Assembly (NCBI GenBank): GCA_963716745.1
Contig: OY970320.1
Span: forward strand, 672,001-736,000
DNA: 64,000 bases
From: an uncultured Gemmatimonadaceae bacterium
Lineage (GTDB): Bacteria > Gemmatimonadota > Gemmatimonadetes > Gemmatimonadales > Gemmatimonadaceae
Reading direction: 5' to 3'
Part shown: positions 21,529 through 35,300 of the stretch, piece by piece
Layout: the number at the start of each line of letters is the position of its first letter
Position numbering within the stretch: position 1 is the first letter of the stretch
Made by a program: the position numbers and the translations under genes
Notes under the pieces: model-generated
The model's input: only the letters and a program-made list of their open reading frames with translations
Database searches by the model: none
What the model was told of the DNA's origin: nothing

Positions 21529-23001
21529 TTAGGCTGTGCCCGGCGCTACGACCTCCGTCGCCGGCTCATAGATGGGCAACGTCACCGTGAACGTCGTTCC
21601 CCTCGTGAGTCTCGACCTCACCGCGATCGATCCCCCATGCGCCTCCGCGATGTACTGCGCGATCGCGAGGCCGAGGCCGAAGCCGCCGCGCTCCGACAGA
21701 CGCGAGCGCGCGCGATCGGCTCGGTAGAAGCGCTCGAAGATGTGCGGCAGATCGCCGGCCGAGATCCCGATGCCGGAATCGCGCACGCTGAATGCGACGG
21801 TGCGTTCGTGCCGGAGCAGGTTGAGTTCCACGCTGCCGCCCCGCGGCGTGTACTTGATGGCGTTCGTGGCGACGTTGAGGAAGAGATGGCGCAGGCGCGT
21901 GCTGTCGCCGTAGACCATCGCGGCCTCGAGACGCGGCAGCGTGACGGTCAACTCGGCGCTCTCACCGAGGATCGCGGCGGTCTCGAACACATCGCGCACG
22001 ATCAGCGCGAGGTCCACCGGTTCGCGATGCAGGTCGAAACGGCCCTCGTCCGCGCGCGCGAGCGTGAGCAGGCTCTCCACCAGGTCGGCCATGCGCGTGA
22101 TCTCGTGCAGCGCCTCCTCGAGCGCCACGAGGCGGTCGGCGCGCGGCGCGCTCTCGGTCATCGCGCGTTCCACGTCGGCGCGCAGCACGGCGAGCGGGGT
22201 CTTCAACTCGTGGCTCGCGTCCGCGGTGAACCGGCGCAGCGCGCCGAACGAACTCTCGAGGCGCTCGAGCATCTCGTTCAGCGTCGACACGAGCCGTTGC
22301 ATCTCCGCGCCCTCGATGGCCGCGAGCCGCCGGTGCAGCGATCGACCGTCGGTGATCGCGTGCAGTTCGTTGATGATCTTGTCCACTGGCCTGATGGCGC
22401 GGCCGGCGATCGCGTACCCGAGCGCGAGCGACACGAGGAGGAGCAGCGGCGCGATGACCACGAGCGTGCCGATCAGCTCGCGCAGGCCCTCCTGCACCAC
22501 CGGGCGGATCGGGATCGCCACCGCGATGCGCGCGATCGCCGACCGCGTGGCCTCGGGCTGCCGGATCACGAGCAGCATCGGCTCGCCTTTGAGCTGGAGC
22601 ACGCGCGCCGCGCCGCCCGCCGGCGACGCGAGCGACGTCGTGTCGAGCAGCACTTTGTCGTCGGAGGAGAGGTCCTGGACGGCCGATTGTGACAGCGCCA
22701 GCAGCCGGCCATCCTGCGCGAGCACGGCGACGTAGTCTGGCATCCCCTCCACGAGCGCGCGCAGGTCAGGCATGAGCACGGGGCCCACGACCGAATCGCG
22801 CACGATCGTGACGGGGTGCCCCGCTTCCTCCGTTTGACGGAACACGGCGAGCACGATCTCGGCCTCGGCGCGCGCGGTGCGCCGCACTTCCTCGGCGGCA
22901 CCGGAGCGGCGCGCGACCCACACCGCCCCCGCGAACGCGAACATCGTGATGAGCAGCGCCCCGGCGAAGCGGACGGTGAGCTGGAAACGGATCGTGTTCA
23001 T
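21529..23001 (-). CDS. membrane sensor histidine kinase (HAMP-HisKA-HATPase, CusS/CzcS-like)
   Basis: Two TMs; FTADASHELKTPL, NAIKYT, DSGIGI, FERFYRAD, GFGLGLAI. Confidence 0.93.
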   Translation of the reverse strand: MNTIRFQLTVRFAGALLITMFAFAGAVWVARRSGAAEEVRRTARAEAEIVLAVFRQTEEAGHPVTIVRDSVVGPVLMPDLRALVEGMPDYVAVLAQDGRLLALSQSAVQDLSSDDKVLLDTTSLASPAGGAARVLQLKGEPMLLVIRQPEATRSAIARIAVAIPIRPVVQEGLRELIGTLVVIAPLLLLVSLALGYAIAGRAIRPVDKIINELHAITDGRSLHRRLAAIEGAEMQRLVSTLNEMLERLESSFGALRRFTADASHELKTPLAVLRADVERAMTESAPRADRLVALEEALHEITRMADLVESLLTLARADEGRFDLHREPVDLALIVRDVFETAAILGESAELTVTLPRLEAAMVYGDSTRLRHLFLNVATNAIKYTPRGGSVELNLLRHERTVAFSVRDSGIGISAGDLPHIFERFYRADRARSRLSERGGFGLGLAIAQYIAEAHGGSIAVRSRLTRGTTFTVTLPIYEPATEVVAPGTA

Positions 23002-23025
23002 CGCCGGCGGCGCGCGCGGTGCGCG

Positions 23026-23690
23026 CTACTCCCGCACCACGTAGCCCACGCCGCGCACGGTGTGGATGAGCTTCACCTTGTGCCCGGTGTCCACCTTCTT
23101 GCGCAGATGGTTGATCACGACGTCCACGATGTTCGTGCCGGGATCGAAGTGATACCCCCACGCGTATTCGGTGATGAGCGTGCGGCTCATGACACGGCCG
23201 GGATGCCGCATCAGATATTCGAGCACCGTGAATTCCTTGGGCGTGAGCTCGATCGCGTCCTTGCCGCGCGTGACCGTGCGCGTGTTGCGGTCGAGCTCCA
23301 GGTCGAGCACGTGCAGCACCGGCGCCGCGATCACCTGCGGGCGCCGGCTCAGCGCCTCGACGCGCGCGAGCAGCTCTTCGAACGCGAACGGCTTGGTGAC
23401 GTAGTCGTCGGCGCCGGCGCGCAGCGCCTTCACCTTCGCGTCCACCGCGTCCTGCGCCGTGAGCACGAGCACCGGCCGTTCGAAGCCGCGGGCGCGGAGA
23501 TTGTGCAGCACCTCCATGCCCGAGCGCCCGGGCAGGCGCATGTCGAGCACGATCAGATCGTACGAGCCGTTCGCGGCGAGCTTCTCCCCTTCCTCGCCTT
23601 CGGCGACGAGGTCCACCACCCAGCGCTGCTCCTCGAGACCGCGCTTCACGTACTGGCCGACGGTGGGGTCGTCCTCGATCACGAGGATCT

Positions 23691-23694
<4 letters not shown>
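23026..23694 (-). CDS. OmpR-family response regulator (CusR-like)
   Basis: GTG start VKILVIEDD; LDMRLP, GADDYVTKPF, LTPKEF, TNIVDVVINHLRKK, HTVRGVGY. Confidence 0.93.
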
Positions 23695-25078
<1,384 letters not shown>

Positions 25079-25082
<4 letters not shown>

Positions 25083-26398
25083 CGCGCCCCCGCGGGGAAA
25101 GGAAGCCGCACGCGGAACGTGCTCCCGCGCCCCACCGTGCTCTCCACCTCGATGCGCCCCCCGTGATCGCGCACGAGCCCGAAGCAGATCGCGAGGCCCA
25201 AGCCGGTGCCGCGCCCGGGCGGTTTGGTGGTGTAGAACGGTTCGAAGACGCGCGCGAGGTCGCCCGGCGCGATGCCGTTCCCGCGATCGCTCACCTCGAG
25301 CAGCGCTTCATTCCCTTCGCGTACGGCGCGCACGAGCACGCTTCCGCCGCCGCCCATCGCATCCGCCGCGTTGAGCAGCAGCGCCACGAGCACTTGCACC
25401 AGCTGCGGCGCGCTGCCGATCACCGGCGGGAGCGCCACATCGACCACGCGCTCCGCCGCGACGCCCTTGAAGCGCGCGTGATGGCGGAGCAGCAAGAGCG
25501 CCTCGTCCACGACCGCGCCGAGCGGCACCGCGGACTTTACTTCCTCCGACGGGCGTGAGAAATCGAGCACGCCGTTCACGATGCGCTTCGCACGCTGCAC
25601 TTCGAGGTCGATGATGGTGCACAGTTCGAGTGCGCGCGCCCGCGCCGCCTCGTCGCCGAGGGCGGACGGGAGTTGGAGCGCGAGTGTCTCGGCGCACGCG
25701 CCCACCGTCGCGAGGGGATTGTTCACCTCATGCATCACGCCCGCGGCGAGCTGTCCCACCGCGGCGAGCTTCTCCGCTTGCGCCGCGCGCAGTTGCGCGC
25801 GCTTCGCGTCGGTCACGTCCTCGCCGAGCGTGATCACGTGCGTGACGCCGTGCCCGTCCATGCGCATCGGGATCTTCGACACGCGGTACGTGCGCGCCTC
25901 GCCGGTGGCGCGCGATTCGATCTCGAACTGGCGCACCTCGCCGTCGGCGAACACTTCGTCGAATTCGCGCCGCAGCATTTCGGGCGCCTGGCGGCGCAGC
26001 ACGTCGAAGATGGTGCGGCCCATCGCAAGATCGCGCCGCACACCCTGCGTGCCGATCTCGCGCGACCGGTTCCAGGCATGCACGCGATACTCGCGGTCCA
26101 CCACGTAGAGGCCGAGCGGGAGGGCATCGATGATGCCGGCGAAGAGCTGCGTATCGCCGTCCGTGGAGGCGGTGCGCGCCAGCGACGCGGCGATCGCCTG
26201 CGCCGCGGCTGCGAGCTTGGCGCGCTCGGCGGGTTTCGCCGTGCGCGACCGCGACGCGCGGCGCAGCCGCTCGACTGTGGCCGTGAGCGCCTCGTCGAGC
26301 GACGCGTCGTCCGCGAATTCGCCGGCGATCGCGGCGATCAGATCGACGGCGCTCTTCTTGTCCTGACGGGGCGGCCGGGTGCGCACGCGAGCGGGCAA
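25079..26398 (-). CDS. cytoplasmic PAS sensor histidine kinase (NtrB-like)
   Basis: PAS domain; EKLAAVGQLAAGVMHEVNNPL; FEPFYTTK; GTGLGLAI. Confidence 0.9.
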
Positions 26399-26469
26399 AA
26401 TGCCTCAGATGGTGGACGTCGCGCGAGAAGCTACGCGTGCGCAGCGGGCCGGACAAGATGACCGAACGA

Positions 26470-26574
26470 CGCGGGAAGCGGGAAGCGGGAAGCGCCGCGA
26501 TGGACGACGGGACTGCCGATGGTGCCATCGGCGTCCCGTCGTCCCGCGGCGCTTCCCGCTTCCCGCTTCCCGCG
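26470..26574. repeat. (GCGGGAM)3-arm palindromic element, copy 2
   Basis: GCGGGAA x3 + GCGCCGCG ... CGCGGCGC + TTCCCGC x3; inner stem GACGACGGGAC/GTCCCGTCGTC. Confidence 0.9.
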
Positions 26575-26577
26575 CCG

Positions 26578-27057
26578 TCAGCTCAGTTTCCTGATCTGGT
26601 CAAGGAGTTCCTCATTCGAGCGCTTCTCACTCGTCGACTTCTCGACATGGCTCCACGCGACGCGGCCGGCCTTGTCGATCAGGAAGTAGGCGCGCTCGGA
26701 GTAGAATTTCTCAGGGATCAGTACGCCGTAGGCGCGCGAGACATCGCGCTTGAAGTCGCTCAGCAGCGTGGCCTTCATCTCGTACTTGTTCTTGAACTCG
26801 CGCAGCGACGCGGTGGAATCCACGCTGATGGGAAGTACTTCCACGTTCTCTCCGCCGAAGCGATCGAACTCATTCGAGAAATCGCAGAGTTCGGCGGTGC
26901 ACGTGCTCGTGAACGCGAGCGGAAAGAAGGCGAGGAGCACGTTCTTCTGTCCGCGCAGCGAGCTGAGCGTGAAGGGGCCCGCGGTGGAACCGACGGTGAA
27001 GTCCGGGGCCATCTGTCCCTTGGAAGGCGGCGTGCCGGGTGGCGGAGAGGAGATCAT
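26578..27057 (-). CDS. peroxiredoxin (AhpE/BCP-like)
   Basis: APDFT, FFPLAFTSTCTAELC (PxxxTxxC), ISVDS, LLSDF, ERAYFLIDK. Confidence 0.9.
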   Translation of the reverse strand: MISSPPPGTPPSKGQMAPDFTVGSTAGPFTLSSLRGQKNVLLAFFPLAFTSTCTAELCDFSNEFDRFGGENVEVLPISVDSTASLREFKNKYEMKATLLSDFKRDVSRAYGVLIPEKFYSERAYFLIDKAGRVAWSHVEKSTSEKRSNEELLDQIRKLS

Positions 27058-27128
27058 TGCTTGACCAAGGGCTGGGGTTCTGTGGCCGATCGCTTCCTTC
27101 GTTCACTACAGGCCACGTGCTTCTGCAT

Positions 27129-27234
27129 GTTCGGGACGCGGGACGCGGGAATCGCCGCGGGAAGCGGGAACGAACGTGGGTTCCTCGCATCCCGTCAGTT
27201 CAACGCGGCGAGTCCCGCGTCCCGCGTCCCGAAC
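27129..27234. repeat. (GCGGGAM)3-arm palindromic element, copy 3
   Basis: GTTCGGGACGCGGGACGCGGGAATCGCCGCG ... CGCGGCGAGTCCCGCGTCCCGCGTCCCGAAC. Confidence 0.88.
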
Positions 27235-27292
27235 GTCGCGAGTGCTTGGGCTCGACGATCCTCAAGAGACTCAATCCACCAGGGAGCCGCCG

Positions 27293-28231
27293 TTAGTCCG
27301 TGGGAGCCGACATGGCGACGAGGCCGGCGGTGACGATGATCACGAGAAGTCCAAGGGACAACTCCACGAGTGCCGTTCGGCTCATCGTCCGCGCGGCGCC
27401 CTCGGAGCCGAGTCGCGGGCCGTGATAGCGCCAGTTGACGGCACCGAACACCATGACGAGCGCGATGATCCCCAGTTTAATGAGCAGCACGCGACCGTAG
27501 TCGCTCGAGAACAGTGGGCCGAGGCCGCCCAGGCGCATCCACGCGGCGTAGCTGCCGGTGAGCGCCAGCACGCCGGCGCTGGTGAGTGCGAGCGGCGAGA
27601 AGGCGCGCACGAGCGCGGCGGCCACGGTGCCGCGCGCTTCCTCATTGGCGCGCAGCGCGGCGGGGATCCCGGCGAAGGTGAGCGACGCGAGCGTGCCGAT
27701 CCACGCTCCGACGGCCACCATGTGCAATACATCGGCCGTCTGCTCGACGAGCTGCATCGAGGAACCGTCGGCCGCGTGTCCCGACCGGGCGAACCCCACG
27801 GCCACGGCGACGGCGCAGAAGAGCACGACCCGCCAGCGCCGCACGGCGCCTACGCCCGTGCCGCTCATCTTGCGGATCGCGATCACGGTCACGAGTGCCA
27901 TCAGCGCGCCGACGAGCTGCAGCCGCCACGCCCAGCCGAAGTGCGTGTCGAGCGCGGCGCTCACGGTTGCGTCGTTCACCAGCGCGAAGCAATAGAGGCG
28001 GGCGGGCGTCGCCAGCAGCAGCACCGCGCCCGACACGATCGCCACCCGGCGCGCGGCCGTCGCCGCGTCCTCGGCGAACAGATCACTGGCCAAGCCCAGC
28101 GCGCGCACGCGCCGGAGGAGCAGCAGTACGAACAAGGCGGCGCCGATCAGCCCGGTGAGGCCGGCGTACATCGCGACCCGCACCGCCACGTACGCGGGGG
28201 ATTCGAGGCCGAACTCGGATGGGGAGGACAT
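27293..28231 (-). CDS. copD: CopD-family copper transport membrane protein
   Basis: SGHAA, DVLHMVAVGAWIG, AFSPLA, LTG, SDYGRVLLIK, GAVNW, VEL; about 8 TMs. Confidence 0.8.
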   Translation of the reverse strand: MSSPSEFGLESPAYVAVRVAMYAGLTGLIGAALFVLLLLRRVRALGLASDLFAEDAATAARRVAIVSGAVLLLATPARLYCFALVNDATVSAALDTHFGWAWRLQLVGALMALVTVIAIRKMSGTGVGAVRRWRVVLFCAVAVAVGFARSGHAADGSSMQLVEQTADVLHMVAVGAWIGTLASLTFAGIPAALRANEEARGTVAAALVRAFSPLALTSAGVLALTGSYAAWMRLGGLGPLFSSDYGRVLLIKLGIIALVMVFGAVNWRYHGPRLGSEGAARTMSRTALVELSLGLLVIIVTAGLVAMSAPTD

Positions 28232-28259
28232 CGGCGCCCCCGCGAACGGTGGATGTGGA

Positions 28260-28332
28260 TGGAGCGTGCGAGGATCGAACTCGCGACCTCTCGGTTGCAA
28301 ACCGAGTGCTCTCCCAGCTGAGCTAACGCCCC
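28260..28332 (-). tRNA. tRNA-Ala(UGC)
   Basis: GGGGCGTTAGCTCAGCTGGGAGAGCACTCGGTTTGCAACCGAGAGGTCGCGAGTTCGATCCTCGCACGCTCCA; anticodon TGC, G3:U70 pair, CCA not encoded. Confidence 0.96.
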
Positions 28333-28379
28333 CAAGCGCGAAAGATACCGGCGGCGCGCGAGGCGGGCCAGCCGCGCCG

Positions 28380-29706
28380 TCATTCGTGCGCGGGGAGCGG
28401 CTCCATCGTCTTGGGATCCACTGGGATCTGCACTTCGTCGCGGTAGGGCGACGTCATGAGCGTCACGCGCATCCGCGGGAAGGCGTCCATGAACCGCGCG
28501 TAGCAGAGCATCCAAAGGCCGAGCACGCCCATGGTCACGCCGATCTCCGGAATGCCGTACGGCACCGATGCCGGCGTGCCGAGCAGCGACGGATAGACCT
28601 CGAGATAGCGCAGGATCCACAGTCCGATCACGGTGGACATCGTGAACGTGATGAACGTCGGCAGATACACCTTCGCGGCGCGCGAAAGCAGACCGAAGAA
28701 CGGGATCACGAACATCAAGAAGACCATCGTGACCGTGAGATGCATCCACGGCGCGATGAGACGCAGCCGCGGCCAGTGCGTTTCCTCACCGACGTTCCCG
28801 TACCATATCACCAGGTACTGACCGAATGTGAGATAGCCCCAGAACGCGGTGAACGCGAAGCAGAGCTTGCCGAGATCGTGGAAGTGATGCTCGGTGAGGA
28901 GGTCCGACGCGTTCAGATGGCGCCGCCACCAGAGCACGAGCAACGACCAGCTCGCAAGCGCGCCCACCCAGCCGCCCATGAAGAACCACCACGAGTACAG
29001 CGTGCTCTGGAAGTGCAGGTCGAGCGACATCGAGAAATCCCACGCGAACACGCTCATGAAGTAGCCGAAGCAGACCGCGAGGATCACCGCGAGATAGCCC
29101 TGCTTCGAATGCGTGGTATGCAGCTCGCGCCGCTCGTGGCCGAAGCCGTGTCGCATCCGCGCGCGTACGCCTCTCGCCCATTCCGCGCCGCTGTCGGGCA
29201 GCACGCCCACATCCAGCCGCACCGAGAGCCACACGTAGCGCACGCTGAGCGCGGCGATGATCGCCATGAGCGCGAGATCGCGCGTGATGATGAACGACGG
29301 ACGCATCCACACGCGCTTTCTCGGCGATGCCAACTTCCTCATGCGCCCATGGGAAGATATGCGCGCGGCCCAGGAAGATCAGCACCATGAGCAGGAACGC
29401 CATCGGCAGGAACGCGGCGTATCCCTCGAGCATTCGGACGACCGGACGAGACCAGCGTGCCGTGGTAATGCGCTGCACCGCGACGAACACCACGCCCGCC
29501 TGGGAGACTGAGTAGAAGAAGAGCCAGTTGACCAGCAGCGCCTGCCAGACGCGATCGCCGCCCATGAAGGCGCCGGACGAGAACGTCACCACACCGATCC
29601 CGATGAACGTGAGCGCCAGGATGTACCACGCGCGCGGGATCGGCTTCGACGTGGACGCGACCAGTTCGGCGCGGCTCGGGAGATGCGAATCGTCGTAGGT
29701 GCTCAC
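28380..29706 (-). CDS. actF: alternative complex III subunit ActF (membrane); frameshift near 29335
   Basis: ARWSRPVVRMLE, WDFSMSLDLHFQST, HFHDLGKLCFAF, WGYLTFGQYLVIWYGN; last gene of the act operon. Confidence 0.87.
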
Positions 29707-30413
29707 GGCGTGCTCCTCGCGGGCGCGGCCGGCGGCACCGCGGGCGGCGCGGCCGGCGATTCCTGCCGGTTCATGTCCTGCGGGCGGTACGGAGCCGGGC
29801 GCGTCGGCGCGGTGCGGGTGTAGCCCGGCACCGTGCGGCCGTTCTCGCCCGGCGTGCCGGCCGGCGACGTGTCCGCGACGACGCCCGGTATCTTCCCCTG
29901 GAGCGCGCGCACGTACAGCACGACGTCCCAGCGGTCGGAATCCTCGATCCGGTCGTACGTGGGCATGAGCGTGCGGCCGTTGCGGATGATCCCCCAGATG
30001 TAGCCGTCGCTCCGCCCCTTCGTGAGATCGGTGAGCAGGCTCGGCGCCGGAATGCCGTAGCGCAGCGCGCGGCCAGTGCCGGCCCCACTCGCGCCGTGGC
30101 ACACCGAGCAATTGATCTGGAAATACTTGCGGCCGTTGTCGAGCGACACCGCATCGGCGGTGTGCGGATTCGCGAGGCTCGACATCGAATCGATCGTGGC
30201 CGGCAGCGCTGCGTGCGACACCATGTACGCCGGTTCCGGATCGCCGGTGATCGGCACCGAGAATTCCGGCTGGCCACGGAACGGCGTCGTGTCATTGCCG
30301 GCGTACTGGTCCTCCCACGGCTTGATCTTCGGCTGGTAGCGGAAGTCCGTGAACCACGAGCAGCCCGCGACGGTGAGCGCCGCGGCGGCGAGGCAGAGGC
30401 GCTTAGCGATCAC
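29703..30413 (-). CDS. actE: ACIII subunit ActE, monoheme cytochrome c lipoprotein
   Basis: Lipobox VAGC; CSVCH; DGYIWGIIRNG..LMPTY; DRWDVVLYVRALQ. Confidence 0.9.
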   Translation of the reverse strand: MIAKRLCLAAAALTVAGCSWFTDFRYQPKIKPWEDQYAGNDTTPFRGQPEFSVPITGDPEPAYMVSHAALPATIDSMSSLANPHTADAVSLDNGRKYFQINCSVCHGASGAGTGRALRYGIPAPSLLTDLTKGRSDGYIWGIIRNGRTLMPTYDRIEDSDRWDVVLYVRALQGKIPGVVADTSPAGTPGENGRTVPGYTRTAPTRPAPYRPQDMNRQESPAAPPAVPPAAPARSTP

Positions 30414-30903
30414 CGCGCACCTCCGTCGCTCCGGCGTTCGACATGATCGCGCGCACGGCGTTCTGCTTCTCCGGCGCGCACTCCACCCACACGCCGAAGT
30501 CGGCGTCGCTGAAGCGCGGATCGTAGCCCACGGTCATCGTGATGCGCGGGAGCCGCGAATGGATGAAGAGCCCCGCGACGGTCGAGAGCGCGCCGAATAG
30601 CACCATGAGCTCGAAGCTGATGATGGTGTACGGCACCCAACTCGAGACCGGCTTCCCGCCCGTGACGAGCGGCCAGTAGCGCGAGATCCAGATCGCGATC
30701 CAATAGCCGAACGTCGCGCCGAGGAATCCGCCGATCAGCGTGTAGCGCCGCACGACGCTGGGGCCGGCGTGGATCGCGTGCTCGAGCTCGTGGCGCGGCG
30801 TGGGCGAATAGACGGTCATCGCGCCCGCCTTCTCCTTGCGGAGCGCGCCGATCGCGTCCACGGCGGCATCCAATTCGCGGAAGACCCCCAGGATGCCGCG
30901 CAT
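30403..30903 (-). CDS. actD: ACIII subunit ActD (DUF3341)
   Basis: VYSPTP.HEL, WPLVTGGKP, FELMVLFGA, YDPRFSD. Confidence 0.9.
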   Translation of the reverse strand: MRGILGVFRELDAAVDAIGALRKEKAGAMTVYSPTPRHELEHAIHAGPSVVRRYTLIGGFLGATFGYWIAIWISRYWPLVTGGKPVSSWVPYTIISFELMVLFGALSTVAGLFIHSRLPRITMTVGYDPRFSDADFGVWVECAPEKQNAVRAIMSNAGATEVRGDR

Positions 30904-32338
30904 CAGTCGTGCTCCCCCGGCGTGTCCGCCTCGAACGCGACGTGCTCACCCGTGACGCGGATGCCGTGCTGGTGCGGCCGCTTCACCGCGGGCGGCACGA
31001 TCTCCTTCACCTCGGTCACGGCGATCACGGGCAGCTGCTTGATGAAGAGCAGGAACCACATTGAGAACCAGCCGAAGCTGCCGAGCAGGATCGACCAGTC
31101 GATGTACGTGGGCGAGTACGGTCCCCACTGCCACGGTTCGAACTCGTGCGAGAGCGACGGAATGATGATCACGAAGCGCTCGAACCACATGCCGAGATTG
31201 ATGAACATGGAGAGGATGAACAGCCACGTGGTGTTCCGCCGCAGCGCTGCGAGAAGAGCGACATCGGCAGCAGCATGTTGCACGTGAGCATGATCCACGC
31301 CGCCCACCACCACTGGCCGAACACGCGATTCATGAAGTACTGCTGCTCCACCGCATTGCCGCTGAACCACGCGATCCAGAACTCGGTGAGATACGCGCAA
31401 CCGACCACCATGGACGTGAACAGACAGAGCTTCGCCGCCGCGTCGAGATGGTTGATCGTGACGTAGTGCTTCAGGTGGAAATAGCGGCGGATCGGGATGA
31501 TGATCGTGAACACCATGCCGACGCCCGAGAAGATCGCGCCCGCAACGAAGTACGGCGGAAAGATCGTCGTGTGCCAGCCCGGCGTGAGCGCCATCGCGAA
31601 GTCGAACGACACGACCGAGTGCACCGACAGCACGAGCGGCGTCGAGAACGCGGCGAGGAACAGATACGCGCGCGCGAAGTGGCGCCACTCACGGTCCGAG
31701 TTGCGCCACCCGAGCGAGAGCTGCGCGTAGATCGCCTTGCGCACCGGATTCTTCTCGCGATCGCGCATCGCCGCGAGATCGGGGATGAGTCCGACGTACA
31801 AGAACGTCGCCGAGACCGTCAGGTAGGTCAGAATGGCGAACACGTCCCACACCAGCGGGCTCCGGAACTGCGGCCACACCAGCCGCCAGTTGGGATACGC
31901 GATGAGCCAGAAGAATTTCCACGGGCGGCCGAGATGCAGGATCGGGAACAGCCCGGCCGTCATGACGGCGAACACGGTCATCGCCTCGGAGCACCGGTAG
32001 ATCGTGGTGCGGAACCCGGCGCGGAACAGATAGAGGATGGCCGAGATGAGCGTGCCGGCGTGGCCGATACCGACCCAGAAGACGAACGTCGTGATGTACA
32101 CGCCCCACATCACCGGCGGCGCGTAGCCCGCGACGCCCACGCCCATGTAGATCTGGTACGTCCACGCGGCCGCGCCGATGAGAAGGCAGACGATCGAGAT
32201 GAGCAGCAGCGCGAACCACGCCTTCGTGGGACGCAGCGTGTCGAGGATCTCGTCGTTCACCTGCGTGTAATTCGTCACCGCCGGCAACTGCACGTTGGCC
32301 GACGACACGTTCGGGCGCCGCATCGTTTCGCTCGACAT
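30903..32338 (-). CDS. actC: ACIII subunit ActC (NrfD/PsrC quinol-binding); frameshift near 31245
   Basis: FVFWVGIGHAGTLISA, HLGRPW, FRSPLVWD, LVLSVHSVVSFDFA, GWHTTIFPPYFVAGAIFSG, GMWFERF. Confidence 0.93.
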
Positions 32339-32344
32339 GCGCGC

Positions 32345-35300
32345 CTACGCCTTGGCCGGCGCGCCCGGCGCCGGGTGCAGGAGCTTCTTCAAGTACACCA
32401 CCGCCGTGTAGGTGTTGAGCTCCTCGAACACGTGGTACGCGCGCCGGTCCTGCGCGAGCTTCGCCACGCTCCACGCGGGATCCGCCGCGTCGCCGAAGGT
32501 GATCGCCTTCGACGGACACGCCTGCGCGCACGCCGTCGTGAACTCATCGGCGGCCACCGGACGCCCCTCGAGCTTGGCGCGATGCTCGCTCTCGCGGATG
32601 CGCTGCACGCAGAAGCTGCACTTCTCCATCACGCCCTTGCCGCGCACGGTCACGTCCGGATTCAGCTGCCAGTTCATCCGTTCCGGCCAGGCGTACTGGG
32701 GCCGGTCGCGCTCGCCGTACCCGAACCAATTGAAGTAACGCACCTTGTACGGGCAGTTGTTCGAGCAGTACCGCGTGCCGACGCAGCGATTGTACACCTG
32801 CACGTTCAGTCCATCGGGCGAGTGGTACGTCGCGTACACCGGGCACACCGGCTCGCACGGCGCGTTGCCGCAGTGCTGGCACAGCATCGGGACGAAGCGC
32901 GCATCGAAGTCGCCGCCGTCCTCGCCGCCTTCCCAATAGCGCTCGAGGCGCAGCCAGTTCATCTCGCGGCCGCGCAGGATGTTGCCGCCCGCCTGCCCTT
33001 CCATGCCCGCGGTCGCACTGTGCTGGTACGGCGCGCCAACAGTCGGAATGTTGTTCTCGGCGTAGCACGCGGTGACGCACGCCGAGCAGCCGGTGCAGCG
33101 CGCGAGATCGACCGTCATCGCCCAGCGCCGCTTCGCCATGCCGCTCCAATGATCCGGCGCGTACATGCCGCGCAGATTGTTGTCGCTCGGTAGATCGCCC
33201 TGTGCATCCTGCGCCACCGGCGCGCGCAGCCCGGGCAGGAACGCGTGCGACGCGTCGCCGGGCATGTTCTCCGGCCCTTCGGGCTTCGCGTTGAGTTCGG
33301 CGACGGTGGTCGCCTGGCCGATGCCGCGGCCATGCTGGCGATTCGAACCGGCGGTGGTGACGATCGGCTTGAAGTCGCCGGTCTTCGAAAGCTTCACCTT
33401 CGTCGCGGTCCACGCGCGCCCCGATGACTTGGTGTCGAACGCGAGCGGCACCGCGTCAGAGGCGTTCACGCCGATCCCCTTCGCGTAGCGGCCGTACGCG
33501 GTGTGCCCCTGCCCCGCGGCCACCGCGACCGTGTCCTTCTGCAGCCCCATGTACAGATATGCGGGCGCGGTGATCTTGCCGGCGGCGCTCTCGAGCGTGA
33601 CGACATCGCCTTCATCGATGCCGAGTTTGGCCGCCGTCTCCGGATTGATCTCGATCACCGACTGCCAGAGGACCTTCGTGACCGGATCGGGGAGTTCCTG
33701 CAGCCACGGCTTGTTCGCACCGCTGCCATCGCCCAGGATCGGCGACGGATAGACGAACAAGTAGACATCGCCGGACGTCCCTTCGATGTTCGCCGCAGGG
33801 AGCGTCGCCTTCACCGGCGAATGCTTGGCCGTCGAGCGAAGCGCCGTGCCGGCGCCCGTTCCCTTCACGAGCGCGGCCGTGAACGCCGCCGCGCCACCGG
33901 CATAGCGGCTGATCAACCAGCTGCGGTAGTCCTTCTGCGCCGCAGCGCGCGACGGCGGATATACCGCGAGCAAAACGTCCGCCGTCTGCCGCGTGTCGTA
34001 CACGGGATCCATGCCCGGCTGCTGCAGCGTGAGCATGCCCGGCATCGCTTGCGCATCGCCCCAGCTCTCGAGCGGGTGATGATCGGGCAGCACGAGATCG
34101 CACATCTCGCTCGTCTCGTCGGGATAGCTCGAGAAACTGACCTTGAACGGCACTCTCGCGAACGCCTCATCGACTCTTCGCGGCCTTCGGAATGAAATAG
34201 ATCGGATTCACGCCGCGCACGAAGGCGATCGGTACCTGTCCGGCGCGCATGCGCCCGATCGCATCTACCACCTCGCCGCCGACGCTGATCCCCTCGAAAC
34301 TCGAGAGCGGCTTGGCCGGCAGCACGGTGACGCCGACGTTGCCCGCCTGCTTGTTGAGCGCGTTCACCGCGAGCGCGAGATCGGTCGCGTGACCGCCGTG
34401 TCCGCCCGCCAACACCACGCTCGGCTTCGCGGCGGCGAATTCCTTCTGCAGCAGCGCGAGCTTTTCGGCGGGAACGCCGCTCGCCTGCGCGGCCGGCGGC
34501 GACCGTCATCGTGCCCGCAAGCGCCTGCGCGATCGCGATGCCCGTGCCCGGCTTGCAGGCGAGCCATTCGTCGGCGTTGAGCCCGGTGAGCGAGCGGCGC
34601 GGCCCGATGTACCAGAATCGCGGCGCGCCCTCGAGCTTCGCGCGCGCATCGGCGAAGTCGAGCTGATGACTCACCGGCGAGCCCCACGTCTCGAGGAAAT
34701 CCGCGCCGAAAGAGATGATCAGCTTCGCCGCGCCGAGATCGATGGACGGCCACGCCACGCCGTATGACTGCTGGTTCGCCGCGATCGCGCCGGCGTCCGC
34801 GAGCGGATCCATGCTCAGGTGCGCGGGCATACCGAAGCTCGCGAGCCACGTGTCGAGGAACGCGGGGAAGGACCCGGACTCGTGGCGGTTCATGAACACC
34901 GCATTGCCCGCCTGCCCCTTGCTCGCCGCCTCGTTCATCTTCGTGGAGAGCAGCGCGATCGCCTTTTCCCACGTCGTGTCGGTGAGCACGCCGTTCTCGC
35001 GCACTCTCGGATTCTTGTAGCGGTCGGGATTGTACAGGCCCTGCACGGCCGCCTGCCCCCGCGCGCAGATCGCGCCGCGATTCGTGGCATGCGCCGGATT
35101 GCCCTCGAGCTTGGTCACGCGCCCGTCGCGCGTTTCCATGAGGATGCCGCAGCCGGCCGAGCATTCGCGGCAGACGGACGTGTAGTAGTTCGAGACGCCC
35201 GGCACCGTCTCGTCGGGATTCACGAGATACGGGATGAGCTTGTACGTGCGGTCGGTGCATCCCGCGGTGCCGACGGCCGCGCCGACGACGCCGAGCACCT

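Noticed and set aside
28232..28332. tRNA-Ala as an integration site for a genomic island
   Set aside because: No integrase, no duplicated tRNA 3' end noticed, and no compositional shift downstream.
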